Positions 36,157-45,054 of a DNA stretch of 64,000 nt are shown here, in pieces. Position 1 is the stretch's first letter; each line of letters starts with the position of its first letter. Origin of the DNA: an uncultured Acidobacteriota bacterium. Its GTDB lineage: Bacteria; Acidobacteriota; Vicinamibacteria; Vicinamibacterales; UBA2999. A program made the position numbers and the translations under genes. The notes below the pieces were generated by a model. The model was not told the DNA's origin, made no database searches, and was given only the letters and a program-made list of their open reading frames with translations. The stretch lies in the NCBI GenBank assembly GCA_963707795.1, contig OY970174.1, positions 1,874,648-1,938,647 of the forward strand, read 5' to 3'.

Positions 36157-39100
36157 CTACGGGTCGAACGGCAACCCCTGCGGGTCGAAGGTGTGCAGGT
36201 CCGTGGTCCTCGTGAGCTGGAGCTCGATGCGGCCGCGCAGCTGGATGTTGGGCGGCGACACCGTGAACTCGGGGCGAAACACGATCCGCTCGGGGTAGAT
36301 CACGACGCGCATCTGGAGCGCCTTGGCGAGTTCTTCGACGAAGGTCTCCGGGGGAGGCTCGGTGACGAGGGCGAGCCACACTTCGCGCAGCGCCTGGGCG
36401 CCGCCCTGGTCGCGAAAATCCTTGTTGCGCTTTCGCACACCCCGCACGAGCTCGGCCAACGGCCCGCCACCGCTCGACAGGCTCCCCACCTCTCGCAGGG
36501 CCGCGACGAACGCGGCACCCAATGTGGGCGACGAGGGATCCCCGGTGCCAGCGCCCGGTTCGCTCGCAACCGCTCCTGCACGCGCCTCCCCGCTGAAGGA
36601 CAGCTCGTCGGTGGCCGACAGGTAGCCGAAGAAATTGAAGCGGCGTGCCGGCTCGGCGAGGATCTTGAGGAACTGTCCGACGGTCGCAACCTCGGCGTCC
36701 GCCCGTGGACTGCGGCCGCCCGCGCTGCGGATCGAAATCGCCCGGAAGTCGACGGACGAGGGGTTCCACTGCTGGCTCTGCAGCGCCGCCACTTCCTCGG
36801 CGATGGTGTCCAGGTCCGAGCCTCTCACCACGCGTGAATAGAAGAAAATCTCGTCGACGAACTGCGCCGGCGCATTGCCGCCGCCTCCACCGCCTCCCGG
36901 TCCCGGCTGCCGAGTGGCCAGCACCAGGTCCCCTGAGGACATGCCGAGGCTGCCGAACACCGCGCGCCGGAACGCCAGATCGCCGCTGCTGCCGCCGCCC
37001 GGCGATCCGCCACCGCTGCGCGGCACGGCCTCCCCGCCGCCGCTGCCGCTGCCTCCTCCCGATTCGCCGATCCCGCCGCCGATGCCTCCCGAGCTGCCGT
37101 CGCTGCCGGCCGTCCCTTCGAGGCCGGTCGCCGTCTGGTCGCGTTTGTCCGCGGTATTGAGCAGCGCGCCCATCTCCGAGATGTTCTTCGGGGTGCCCTG
37201 CAACGCGCCGGGGTTGCCCATCGCCGCCATCGCCAACTGCGCGGCGATCCGCTGCTGCTCGATGTCTTTCTGTGCGGCGACCGCCAGGTTCGCTGCCGCC
37301 AGGCGCCCTGCGTCCGCCGCGGCGCTGGTGGCGTCGCCGGCCGTGCCGCGCGCCAAACCGATCGTCGCCGCCAGCCCCGCCATGTCCCGGAACATGCCTC
37401 CGTTCTGCAAGGCCCCGAGCATCGGGCCGAGGCCGGTCGGGTCGGGCAGCGACGTGGGATTGACGATGTTGAGGACCGGTTGGCCGAGTTGCCCGGGCGT
37501 GACGTCCACCGGCTGCGCGCGCGACTGCATGTTGATGGCGGCGATCTCCGGCGGCTGCAGGGGAATCGGCGAGTCCTGCCAGTTCCAGAATCGCGTCGCA
37601 TCGAGCTTTTCCGCGGCGTTGGAGCGGCCCAGTACGGCCTCGGCAAAGACACCGCCGGTGGGGACGGGTACTAGCTGCTCCTGCTCGGTCTCGCGCCCGA
37701 AGGTGAGGCCGCAATCCCGCAGCCACCCATGCCACGCGCGTCGGGCCGCGGCCTCCGGCGTATCGGCGTCCTCGTCGTCGCGCCTGACGCCGAGCCCGGC
37801 GCGGGCCACGAACCCCGGCATGCGGAACACGAGATAGTTCCCCGCAATCTGGATGGGCCGCGGGTCGATGAGGTCGGCGACCGGCCGGCTCTCGAACGAG
37901 AATCGCGACAGCAGCAGCGCGACGGTGGAGGCATCGAACGAGCGCCAGATGGCCTGGTTGTAGTGAAGCTTGTTGGCCCGCAGATGTTCGACCAGCTCGG
38001 GTCCCGCCTCGCTGCCGTCGATGCGGGCGACGCTGGCGGTGCTGCTGGCGCCGACGTCGACCGGCAGCGTGACGGGAAACAGCGAGCCGCGGTAGCTGAC
38101 CTCGAGGGTCAGTCGTCCGCGCGCGCGACCGCTGCCGGCGCCGGTGGTCATCAGCAGCTCCAGCACGTCCTCCAGCGGCAGCGAGCCGGGCACGCGGAAT
38201 CCGATCGACGTGCGCTGAAATGCGACCTCCGGCTGTCCGAGCTGGCGCCGGGCGTTGATACCGACGACCGGCGGCCCCTCGCCGTCGAGTGCGACGCTCA
38301 CACCCTGCAGCTCGGCTTCCCGCGGCAGCAGCAACTCCGTGCGGCCTGGGCGCAGCACGTTTGCCGCCGTGAGGCGGCTGACGCGCCGCACTTCCTCCAG
38401 ATCCCAGGCGGCCTCTTGCGGCTCGCTCGGCGCCGCGGGCGTCGGCGGCGTCTCGGGCGTGGGGGGCGTCTCCGGCGTGGGCGCGGGAGCTGGCGGGGTC
38501 GCCCCCTCCACCCGCGCGAGCATCGCCAGTCGTGCGCGCGGCCGCGCCAGCACGTCGGCCAGCAGCGGCCGCATCGGCTGCGCCGACTGCAGGCGCACCA
38601 TGGCGAAATCCGAGGTCAACAGCTCGAGCGCGCGGCGCGTGAGCGCCGCCGCGGCGAGCGCCCCCTGGTAGCGGGTAATCGTGCGCTCGTCGAAATCCAC
38701 CAGCTTCATCGGCACGAACAGGCAGCGCTCCACTTCGTGCAGGCCGACGAGCACCCGGTAGACCTCGACCACCTCGTAGTACTGCACGGTCAGGGCGTGC
38801 ATGTGGTTGTAGTTGGCGAGAATGCGCGTCGACACGCTCTCGTGTTCCGTCTCCGAGATCTCCTTGACCAGCGAGGCGCGCCGGTTGCGCACCGACGAAG
38901 CGGCCTGCTGCGTGGCGTCCATCACCTGCTGGCTCATCGACGCCGAGAGATCGCGCGAGCCGACCGAGGTCGAGAAGCTGTCGGCCGACGTCGTGGTCGT
39001 GCCGCTGGAGCCGCTGGCGCCGAGCGACACGGGACCCATGCTGAACCCGAACCCACCGCCGCTCTGGCTCGTCTTCGCCGTGCTTTCGGTGTGCGAAAAT

Positions 39101-39969
39101 CCCGACTGCACTTCGTTCGCCACGGCCTGCTGGACTTCGCTGACCGCGCGGTTGTGGCTCGTCTGCTGGGTCAGCGCCTCGGTCTCGCTGATGGCCTCGG
39201 TGCCGGCCGCGCGCGTCTGCCGTGACCAGTCCACGACGGCAATGCGCGTGCTCTCGCCCGGCGCCAGCGCGACCGAGTGCAGGAGATTGCCGAGCGTGAT
39301 GCCGTGCGCATACCAGGACTGCTGGAAGCTGAGACGCGCCCCGACGGCCGGCGCGCTGAACCCGAAGTCGGCGTCCAGCGTCGGGGCAATGTCGACCGGC
39401 CCTGCCGTCGTCAGCTCAGTGGTCGCCGTGACAGCGACGTGATCCATCACGATCGTGGAGTAGTAGCGCCGCTCGGTGGGGAACTCCCCCATTCGCGGCA
39501 CCAGCTCGCTGGCCTCGTCGGCCGCCGTGTCGCTCGGCCCGCCCGCGGCGGCGAGGACGCGCCGGGCCGAACGGTACGGGAACCAGCGTCCGAGATCGCC
39601 TACCGTCGCGAGCTGCAGGGCGGATTTCAACTGCGTCGCCTGCGGCAGGGTCAGGCTGCGGATCGCGGACAGGTCGGCGCTGGCAAAGTCGGCGAGCCGC
39701 GGCGACTCGCCGCTCGCCGCGGCCCCGCCCGGCACGGTGTCGAAGCGGGACAGGTCGGCGCGCCCGCGGCCCTGCAGTGCCTCGCCAATCTCGGCCGCCA
39801 GGGCAAAGAGCGGCGAGGTCGCCAGATCGATGACGGTGACGAGGCCGATGCCCGCCAGCGCATCGCGGACCACGTCGTTGACCCCAAGGAGAACGGTCGT
39901 CGGCGCGCGCAGGGCGGCCAGCGCGTCGAGATTGGCATCCGCGTGCTTCAGCCCGTCCTGGTAGTTCAT
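36157..39969 (-). CDS. Large (1270 aa) multidomain protein of unknown function
   Basis: An uninterrupted ORF with AGGAGG 6 nt upstream of the ATG. It has no signal peptide, TM helix or Walker A. It contains distinctive motifs, listed in the findings. Confidence 0.8.
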   Translation of the reverse strand: MNYQDGLKHADANLDALAALRAPTTVLLGVNDVVRDALAGIGLVTVIDLATSPLFALAAEIGEALQGRGRADLSRFDTVPGGAAASGESPRLADFASADLSAIRSLTLPQATQLKSALQLATVGDLGRWFPYRSARRVLAAAGGPSDTAADEASELVPRMGEFPTERRYYSTIVMDHVAVTATTELTTAGPVDIAPTLDADFGFSAPAVGARLSFQQSWYAHGITLGNLLHSVALAPGESTRIAVVDWSRQTRAAGTEAISETEALTQQTSHNRAVSEVQQAVANEVQSGFSHTESTAKTSQSGGGFGFSMGPVSLGASGSSGTTTTSADSFSTSVGSRDLSASMSQQVMDATQQAASSVRNRRASLVKEISETEHESVSTRILANYNHMHALTVQYYEVVEVYRVLVGLHEVERCLFVPMKLVDFDERTITRYQGALAAAALTRRALELLTSDFAMVRLQSAQPMRPLLADVLARPRARLAMLARVEGATPPAPAPTPETPPTPETPPTPAAPSEPQEAAWDLEEVRRVSRLTAANVLRPGRTELLLPREAELQGVSVALDGEGPPVVGINARRQLGQPEVAFQRTSIGFRVPGSLPLEDVLELLMTTGAGSGRARGRLTLEVSYRGSLFPVTLPVDVGASSTASVARIDGSEAGPELVEHLRANKLHYNQAIWRSFDASTVALLLSRFSFESRPVADLIDPRPIQIAGNYLVFRMPGFVARAGLGVRRDDEDADTPEAAARRAWHGWLRDCGLTFGRETEQEQLVPVPTGGVFAEAVLGRSNAAEKLDATRFWNWQDSPIPLQPPEIAAINMQSRAQPVDVTPGQLGQPVLNIVNPTSLPDPTGLGPMLGALQNGGMFRDMAGLAATIGLARGTAGDATSAAADAGRLAAANLAVAAQKDIEQQRIAAQLAMAAMGNPGALQGTPKNISEMGALLNTADKRDQTATGLEGTAGSDGSSGGIGGGIGESGGGSGSGGGEAVPRSGGGSPGGGSSGDLAFRRAVFGSLGMSSGDLVLATRQPGPGGGGGGGNAPAQFVDEIFFYSRVVRGSDLDTIAEEVAALQSQQWNPSSVDFRAISIRSAGGRSPRADAEVATVGQFLKILAEPARRFNFFGYLSATDELSFSGEARAGAVASEPGAGTGDPSSPTLGAAFVAALREVGSLSSGGGPLAELVRGVRKRNKDFRDQGGAQALREVWLALVTEPPPETFVEELAKALQMRVVIYPERIVFRPEFTVSPPNIQLRGRIELQLTRTTDLHTFDPQGLPFDP
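38419..38505 (-). repeat. In-frame Pro/Thr-rich tandem repeat inside the 1270-aa gene (TPPAPAPTPETPPTPETPPTPAAP)
   Basis: The plus strand reads ggcgtctcgggcgtggggggcgtctccggcgtgggcgcggg, i.e. imperfect ~15-nt tandem units. Confidence 0.7.
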
Positions 39970-40093
39970 ACCAGCCTCCTGACGAACCGGGTCACGGCGG
40001 CCCGGAGCCCGAGCCGGCGTGAGGTGGCGCGAATCCTACCACGGGCGGAACCCGGTTGGCGCCCCGCCGATCGCGACCCAGGCGGAGGTTGAT

Positions 40094-41164
40094 TCAGCGG
40101 TGAAGCGCGCCGCCGGCCGCAATCTCGGCCGGCCGCCCGGAGAACGCCGGTGCGTCGAGCTCCGCCGCCGACGGCACGACGATGCCGCCCTGGCGGTCGC
40201 CTGCGTTCGGCCACAACCGCAGATGCAGGTCGATGAACGTGTCCACGAGGTCCGGGTCGCACCAGCCGCCGCGCGCCTCGCTGCGCATGATCTGATACGC
40301 GGTCACCGTGGGCAGCGCCGCGCGGTACGGCCGGTCGGTGGTCAGCGCGTCGAACACGTCCACCACCGCCACGATCTGCGCCAGCAGCGGGATTGCCGCG
40401 CCGGCGAGCCGGTCGGGATAGCCGCGCCCATCGAGCCGCTCGTGATGATGCCGGACGATGGGACGTACGCGATCGAGGGAGCGGACGGTGGCGCACAACT
40501 GGTCGCCGATGACCGGGTGGCGCTGCATGATCTCGTATTCCTTCGCCGTCAGCTTGCCCTTCTTCAGCAGCACGCGGTCGGGCACCGCGATCTTGCCGAC
40601 GTCGTGCAGGAAGGCGCCGCGGTACAACGCATCGAGGTCGGCCTGATCGAGATCGAGGCGGCGGCCGAGCGCGGTGGCGTAATCGGCCAGGCGCTCGCAG
40701 TGCCCCTCGGTGCTCGGATCGCGCGCCTCGATGACGCGCCCCAAGGTCAGGAACAGCGACGCCGCCGATTCGAGATCGTCGGTCAACCGCTTCAGCCGCA
40801 TCAGCGAGCGCACGCGCGTGTACAGCTCCTTCGGGTCGACCGGTTTGCTCAGGAAGTCGTCGGCGCCCGCTTCCAGGCCGGCGAGCATGGTCTGCCGCTC
40901 CTGCGAGGCGCTGATCAGCACGACGGGAATGAGGCAGGTGTCGGCGTCCTGCTTCACGCGCTCGCAGACCTCGAGGCCGGAGATGCCGGGCATCATCACG
41001 TCGAGCAGGATGAGATCGGGGCGCTCCGCGGCGACCAGGCTGAGCGCCTCGCTGCCGTTGGCCGCCATGAGCACGTGATAGTTGGCGCCTTCGAGCAGCT
41101 GCGCCAGCCCGTGCAGATTCGGCTCGTAGTCATCCACAACCAGGATTTTCCCGGTTTTGCTCAT
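40094..41164 (-). CDS. Response regulator receiver + HD-GYP domain protein (RpfG-type c-di-GMP phosphodiesterase)
   Basis: REC: KILVVDDYEPN...DLILLDVMMPGISG...KP. HD-GYP: HCERLADYA, FLHDVGKI and HHERLDGRGYPD. Confidence 0.88.
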   Translation of the reverse strand: MSKTGKILVVDDYEPNLHGLAQLLEGANYHVLMAANGSEALSLVAAERPDLILLDVMMPGISGLEVCERVKQDADTCLIPVVLISASQERQTMLAGLEAGADDFLSKPVDPKELYTRVRSLMRLKRLTDDLESAASLFLTLGRVIEARDPSTEGHCERLADYATALGRRLDLDQADLDALYRGAFLHDVGKIAVPDRVLLKKGKLTAKEYEIMQRHPVIGDQLCATVRSLDRVRPIVRHHHERLDGRGYPDRLAGAAIPLLAQIVAVVDVFDALTTDRPYRAALPTVTAYQIMRSEARGGWCDPDLVDTFIDLHLRLWPNAGDRQGGIVVPSAAELDAPAFSGRPAEIAAGGALHR

Positions 41165-41400
41165 GTCGCAGTCCCTCTGATGTGGCCGAGTGGGGGCGAC
41201 CAACTGCAACCCACGGACCACGCGAAGCTCATCGGAAAAACGCGCGTCTGGCTGCCGATGCGCCGGCGGCGATCGACAGGACCGTGCGCGCGATTACAGT
41301 TCGGGCGGTCGCGCACTCGCGGCAACGCGCACCAATCCTTCGTGTCTCACACGCCTGACACTTTTGTCAGCCGCTTCGCGCCGACGGGTCCGACGAGGGA

Positions 41401-43719
41401 TCAGAAGTCCACCAGGCGGGTGTACTTGACGATGAAGGACCGCCCCACGGTGTCGTACGAGGTGATGTCCGTGGTGTCACGGCGGTCGTTGTAGACCACG
41501 AACAGCCCGGTGCCACTGCGATTGAGCAGCGCCAGCCGGACGTTCGACGAGAACTGCGACGACTGGCTGTTGTACTGCACCAGCGCCTGCACGCTGGCCA
41601 GCGTCGTGAACGCGTAGCTCGCCTTCACCGGCACCAGGTCGGTGGAGAACTTGCCATACGCCAGATCGACGTTCTGCCGCGTCCAGCCCACACTGCCGAG
41701 GAACCGCGAGCCGGCGCGCACGCTGCCGGTCAACTCCGTGGAGTTGTAGTCGCCGTCGTAGAACCCGCCGAGTCGATGGCGGATGGAACCGGACACGACG
41801 GCGCTGGGATCGTGGATGTACTCGTTGACCACCTGATGCCACGTGTACCGGCCGACGGGGATCACCACCCGGCGGCCGCCGGTGTTGAACACCGTGAACG
41901 GCGTCAGCGGGTTGTCGCGCGTGACGTCGACGAAGGTGCCGAAGCGTCCGCCACGGGCGGGCTGAATCTCGAGGAAGTGCAGGTGCGCCATCGAGCTCTG
42001 CAGCTCGCCGGTCAGGTCGTGGAACGCGTTGTAGTTCACGTGCGGCGAGATCCGGCGGATCCAGGGCCAGCGCTTCGGCTGCGGCTGGTAGAAGATCCGG
42101 AACTCCGGTCGCCGGTATCCCCGCCGCGGCAGGAATCCCACTTCCGGGTTGAACCGCTCCCCCACCTGCGCGTAGCCGCCCGATACCTGCCACACGTCGT
42201 TGCGGAAGTCATAGAACAGGCGGCCCGAGTAGTCGGTGCCCAGCGCGCCCGGCGAGGTCGTCCCCGCCATGAAGGCGAACACCCGCGAGTTCGACGTGAG
42301 CTGGACGTTGGCGTCCACGCCGTAGGCGCGGTTCCAGTTGTCCGGCCCGGCGCGCGATCCCGTCGCCTGACGGTTGACGTACATGCCGCCGACGCTCGAC
42401 CGGCCGATCTCGCGCTGCATGCGCACGACGCCGAAGTTGTTGGCCGCGGTCAGCAGCCGGCCGCTGGCGTCCTCGGCCGCGTCGGTCTGGATGTCGAGCA
42501 GGCCGACGTTCCAGGCTCCCACTTTGCCGCTCAACCGCGTTCCGGCGATGATGTCGATCGGTTGCCCTGACGATCCCAGCCCCGACAGGCCGATCCGCCG
42601 CGAGAAGAAGAGATCGATCTGCTGCGGCTGCCCGAGCTGGAAGGTCGACGCGTTCTCGAGGAAGAACGGGCGCTTCTCCGGGAAGAACAGGTCGAAGCGC
42701 GTCAGGTTCACCTGCTCCTCGTCGGCTTCGACCTGGGCGAAGTCGGTGTTGAGGGTGAAGTCCAGCGTCAGGTTCGGCCGCACGCCCCACTTGAGGTCGA
42801 GGCCGACGTCGCCATTGCGATCGACCTGGTCGGATGGCAGCGTGTAGTCCTTGTTGACCGAGCCGAGCACGTACGGAATGAGCTTGATGTCGCGCCGCGC
42901 CGGCAGGTCGAGGCCGGTCAGCTTCGCCGCCATCGACACGCGATAGATGTCGAAGCCGCGCGGAATCGGCGCCAGATAGACCTGCTCGTTCTTGCGCCGG
43001 ATGTTGCGCATGACGTTGAAGCCCCAGGTCCGATCGATGCCGGTCTCGTAGCGCAGGGTTTTCAGCGGGATGGCGAGCTCGGCCTCCCAGCCGCGCTCGG
43101 TGATGCCGGCGCGCACCGTCCAGTCGCCGTCCCAGTTCGGGTTGAACGCGCTGATGCCGCCGCGCTGCGATCCGGCCCCGCCGCTGCGGAAGCTCAGCCC
43201 GCCGGTCTGCCCTTCGCCCGCGACCTGCCCGTCGTACTCGATGCCCAGCGGATTGGTCCCGAAGACGAACGCGTTCTGTGAATCGTTGAACGTGTCGAAC
43301 ACGAGGATCACCGAGTCGGTGTCGGTCAGCGGCGCGTCGCGCCGGGACTGCGAGACGATGATGCGCGACGGGTCGCCGTCGAAGCAGATGATGCCGACGT
43401 AGAGGTGCCCGCGCCCCACCAGCAGCCGGACTTCGGTGCGCTCGGTCGCCGGCGCGCCCTCGTTGGGATCCTGCTGGATGAAGGTCGTCTCGGGTTCGAC
43501 GGTCTGCCAGATGGCCTCGTCGACGCGGCCGTCGATGCGCGGCAGATCGGCATCGGCATCCAGGCGGCCGGCGACGATATCGGGAACGGCAGGGGGTGAC
43601 GGGGGCGCGGCGGCCACGACCGACACGGCGGAGCCCGCCAGGAACATCACGGTGAGCAGTCTGAGCGCCACGAAGCCCCACGAGTCTACGGCAGAGCCTC
43701 GGCGCGGCGCAACGAGCAA
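41401..43719 (-). CDS. Outer-membrane protein with an N-terminal CBM9-like domain and a large beta-barrel (DUF5916-like)
   Basis: A signal peptide, then DGRVDEAIWQ...WTVRAGITERGWEAELAIPLKTLRY, followed by ~500 aa of beta-rich sequence ending ...KYTRLVDF*. Confidence 0.7.
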   Translation of the reverse strand: MLVAPRRGSAVDSWGFVALRLLTVMFLAGSAVSVVAAAPPSPPAVPDIVAGRLDADADLPRIDGRVDEAIWQTVEPETTFIQQDPNEGAPATERTEVRLLVGRGHLYVGIICFDGDPSRIIVSQSRRDAPLTDTDSVILVFDTFNDSQNAFVFGTNPLGIEYDGQVAGEGQTGGLSFRSGGAGSQRGGISAFNPNWDGDWTVRAGITERGWEAELAIPLKTLRYETGIDRTWGFNVMRNIRRKNEQVYLAPIPRGFDIYRVSMAAKLTGLDLPARRDIKLIPYVLGSVNKDYTLPSDQVDRNGDVGLDLKWGVRPNLTLDFTLNTDFAQVEADEEQVNLTRFDLFFPEKRPFFLENASTFQLGQPQQIDLFFSRRIGLSGLGSSGQPIDIIAGTRLSGKVGAWNVGLLDIQTDAAEDASGRLLTAANNFGVVRMQREIGRSSVGGMYVNRQATGSRAGPDNWNRAYGVDANVQLTSNSRVFAFMAGTTSPGALGTDYSGRLFYDFRNDVWQVSGGYAQVGERFNPEVGFLPRRGYRRPEFRIFYQPQPKRWPWIRRISPHVNYNAFHDLTGELQSSMAHLHFLEIQPARGGRFGTFVDVTRDNPLTPFTVFNTGGRRVVIPVGRYTWHQVVNEYIHDPSAVVSGSIRHRLGGFYDGDYNSTELTGSVRAGSRFLGSVGWTRQNVDLAYGKFSTDLVPVKASYAFTTLASVQALVQYNSQSSQFSSNVRLALLNRSGTGLFVVYNDRRDTTDITSYDTVGRSFIVKYTRLVDF

Positions 43720-43817
43720 TCGCGCGCCCCGCCTGCCCCGCGGCCGCGCAGTGCCTCGCGTGCGCGCGGCAAAAGTCCTGCACTGCGTCCGGAGAAATAT
43801 GAGATCGTGAGGCGACC

Positions 43818-44345
43818 GTGAAATCCCTCATCCGTTCCTGGCTGGGCATGGATTCCGGCCCCGCCGACGAGCCCTCCGGCCCGCTGCGCGAGCTGCTCGA
43901 CGCGCTGGACCGGCTCGAGCCCGATCGCGCGCGCTACCTCGCGCAGTTTGCCTATCTGCTGGGCCGCGTCGCTCACGCCGATCAGCACGTCAGCCCGGAG
44001 GAGACGCGAATGATGGAGCAGCTGGTCGAGCGCGAGGGTGGACTCTCCCACGACCAGGCGATGCTGGCGGTCGGCCTCGCCAAGACCAGCAATCGGCTGT
44101 TCGGCGGCACCGACAACTTCCTGGTCGCGCGTGAGTTCGCCGCCAGCGCGACCCGCGACCAGAAGCAGGCGCTGCTGCGCTGCCTGTTCGCCGTCTCGGC
44201 GGCCGAGGGCCGTATCTCGATCGCCGAGGAGCGCGAGATCCAGCGCATCGCGCGCGAGCTGCGGCTCGAGCACGCCGATCTGGTGTCGCTCCGGCTCCAG
44301 TACCGGCAGTTCCTGCCCGGCCTGGGCGACCAGGGTCAGGAGTAG
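43818..44345 (+). CDS. TerB-family (tellurite-resistance-like) protein
   Basis: 175 aa with two-helix repeats: YLLGRVAHADQHVSPEETRMMEQL and LFAVSAAEGRISIAEEREIQRIAREL. Confidence 0.6.
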   Translation: MKSLIRSWLGMDSGPADEPSGPLRELLDALDRLEPDRARYLAQFAYLLGRVAHADQHVSPEETRMMEQLVEREGGLSHDQAMLAVGLAKTSNRLFGGTDNFLVAREFAASATRDQKQALLRCLFAVSAAEGRISIAEEREIQRIARELRLEHADLVSLRLQYRQFLPGLGDQGQE

Positions 44346-44347
44346 CG

Positions 44348-44908
44348 GTGGCGCGGGCCGCCGGTCTTCTGATCGTCGTCTCCATGGCGTGGGGATCCGC
44401 GGCGGCGCCGGCGGCGCAGGTCCGTGTGATGCGCTACGGTGACGACCGGCTGGCGCTGGTCACGGCCGTCGACGTGGTGCTCGACCCGCTGCGCGCCGAC
44501 AGCGCGCGGTGCGGAATCGCCCGCGACGCGCTCCAGCAGGCCGTCGTCGGCGCACTGCAGGCCGAAGGCATGAGCGCGAGCGTCAGCGAGAAAGCCAGCA
44601 GCTGGCACCATACGGTGTTCGTCACGGCATCGACCGTGTTCTCCGACGGGCACTGCGCCACCGGCCTGGTGACCGAGCTGATGGCGCAGGTGGAAGGCAT
44701 CCCGGTGAGCGACCGCGGGGCGCCTCCGGGACAATGGGGCTCCCTGCTGGTCGGGCAGCTCACCCTCATCCGCCACAACGGCATCGTCAGTTCCAAGGCC
44801 TCGGCGCACGCGGCGGACGTGCGCGCGATGGTTCGCGAACACGCGCGCGCGATCGCGGCGCGCGTGGGCGCGGCGGCACCGTCCAGGAACCCGCCGCCGC
44901 CCGGCTGA
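44348..44908 (+). CDS. Hypothetical exported protein
   Basis: Signal peptide MARAAGLLIVVSMAWGSAAAPAAQ. It starts 3 nt after the TerB stop. No recognisable domain. Confidence 0.5.
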   Translation: MARAAGLLIVVSMAWGSAAAPAAQVRVMRYGDDRLALVTAVDVVLDPLRADSARCGIARDALQQAVVGALQAEGMSASVSEKASSWHHTVFVTASTVFSDGHCATGLVTELMAQVEGIPVSDRGAPPGQWGSLLVGQLTLIRHNGIVSSKASAHAADVRAMVREHARAIAARVGAAAPSRNPPPPG

Positions 44909-45054
44909 TCGCCCCTCAGCCGATCTTCCTCGACGCCCGGACCGGATCCATTCTGGAGAAGGCAGGACGGCCGGCGCGCGCCGGCGCCCTGTCGTCAGGC
45001 GCGGCCGGCATGGTCCTCGGCAACGTGGATCGCGCGCTATGTGATACTCGACTC

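Noticed and set aside
41354-41369. CTGACA-cttt-TGTCAG inverted repeat downstream of the DUF5916-like gene, as a terminator or operator
   Set aside because: It has only a 6-bp stem and no T-tract on the transcribed strand. It could be chance at this length.
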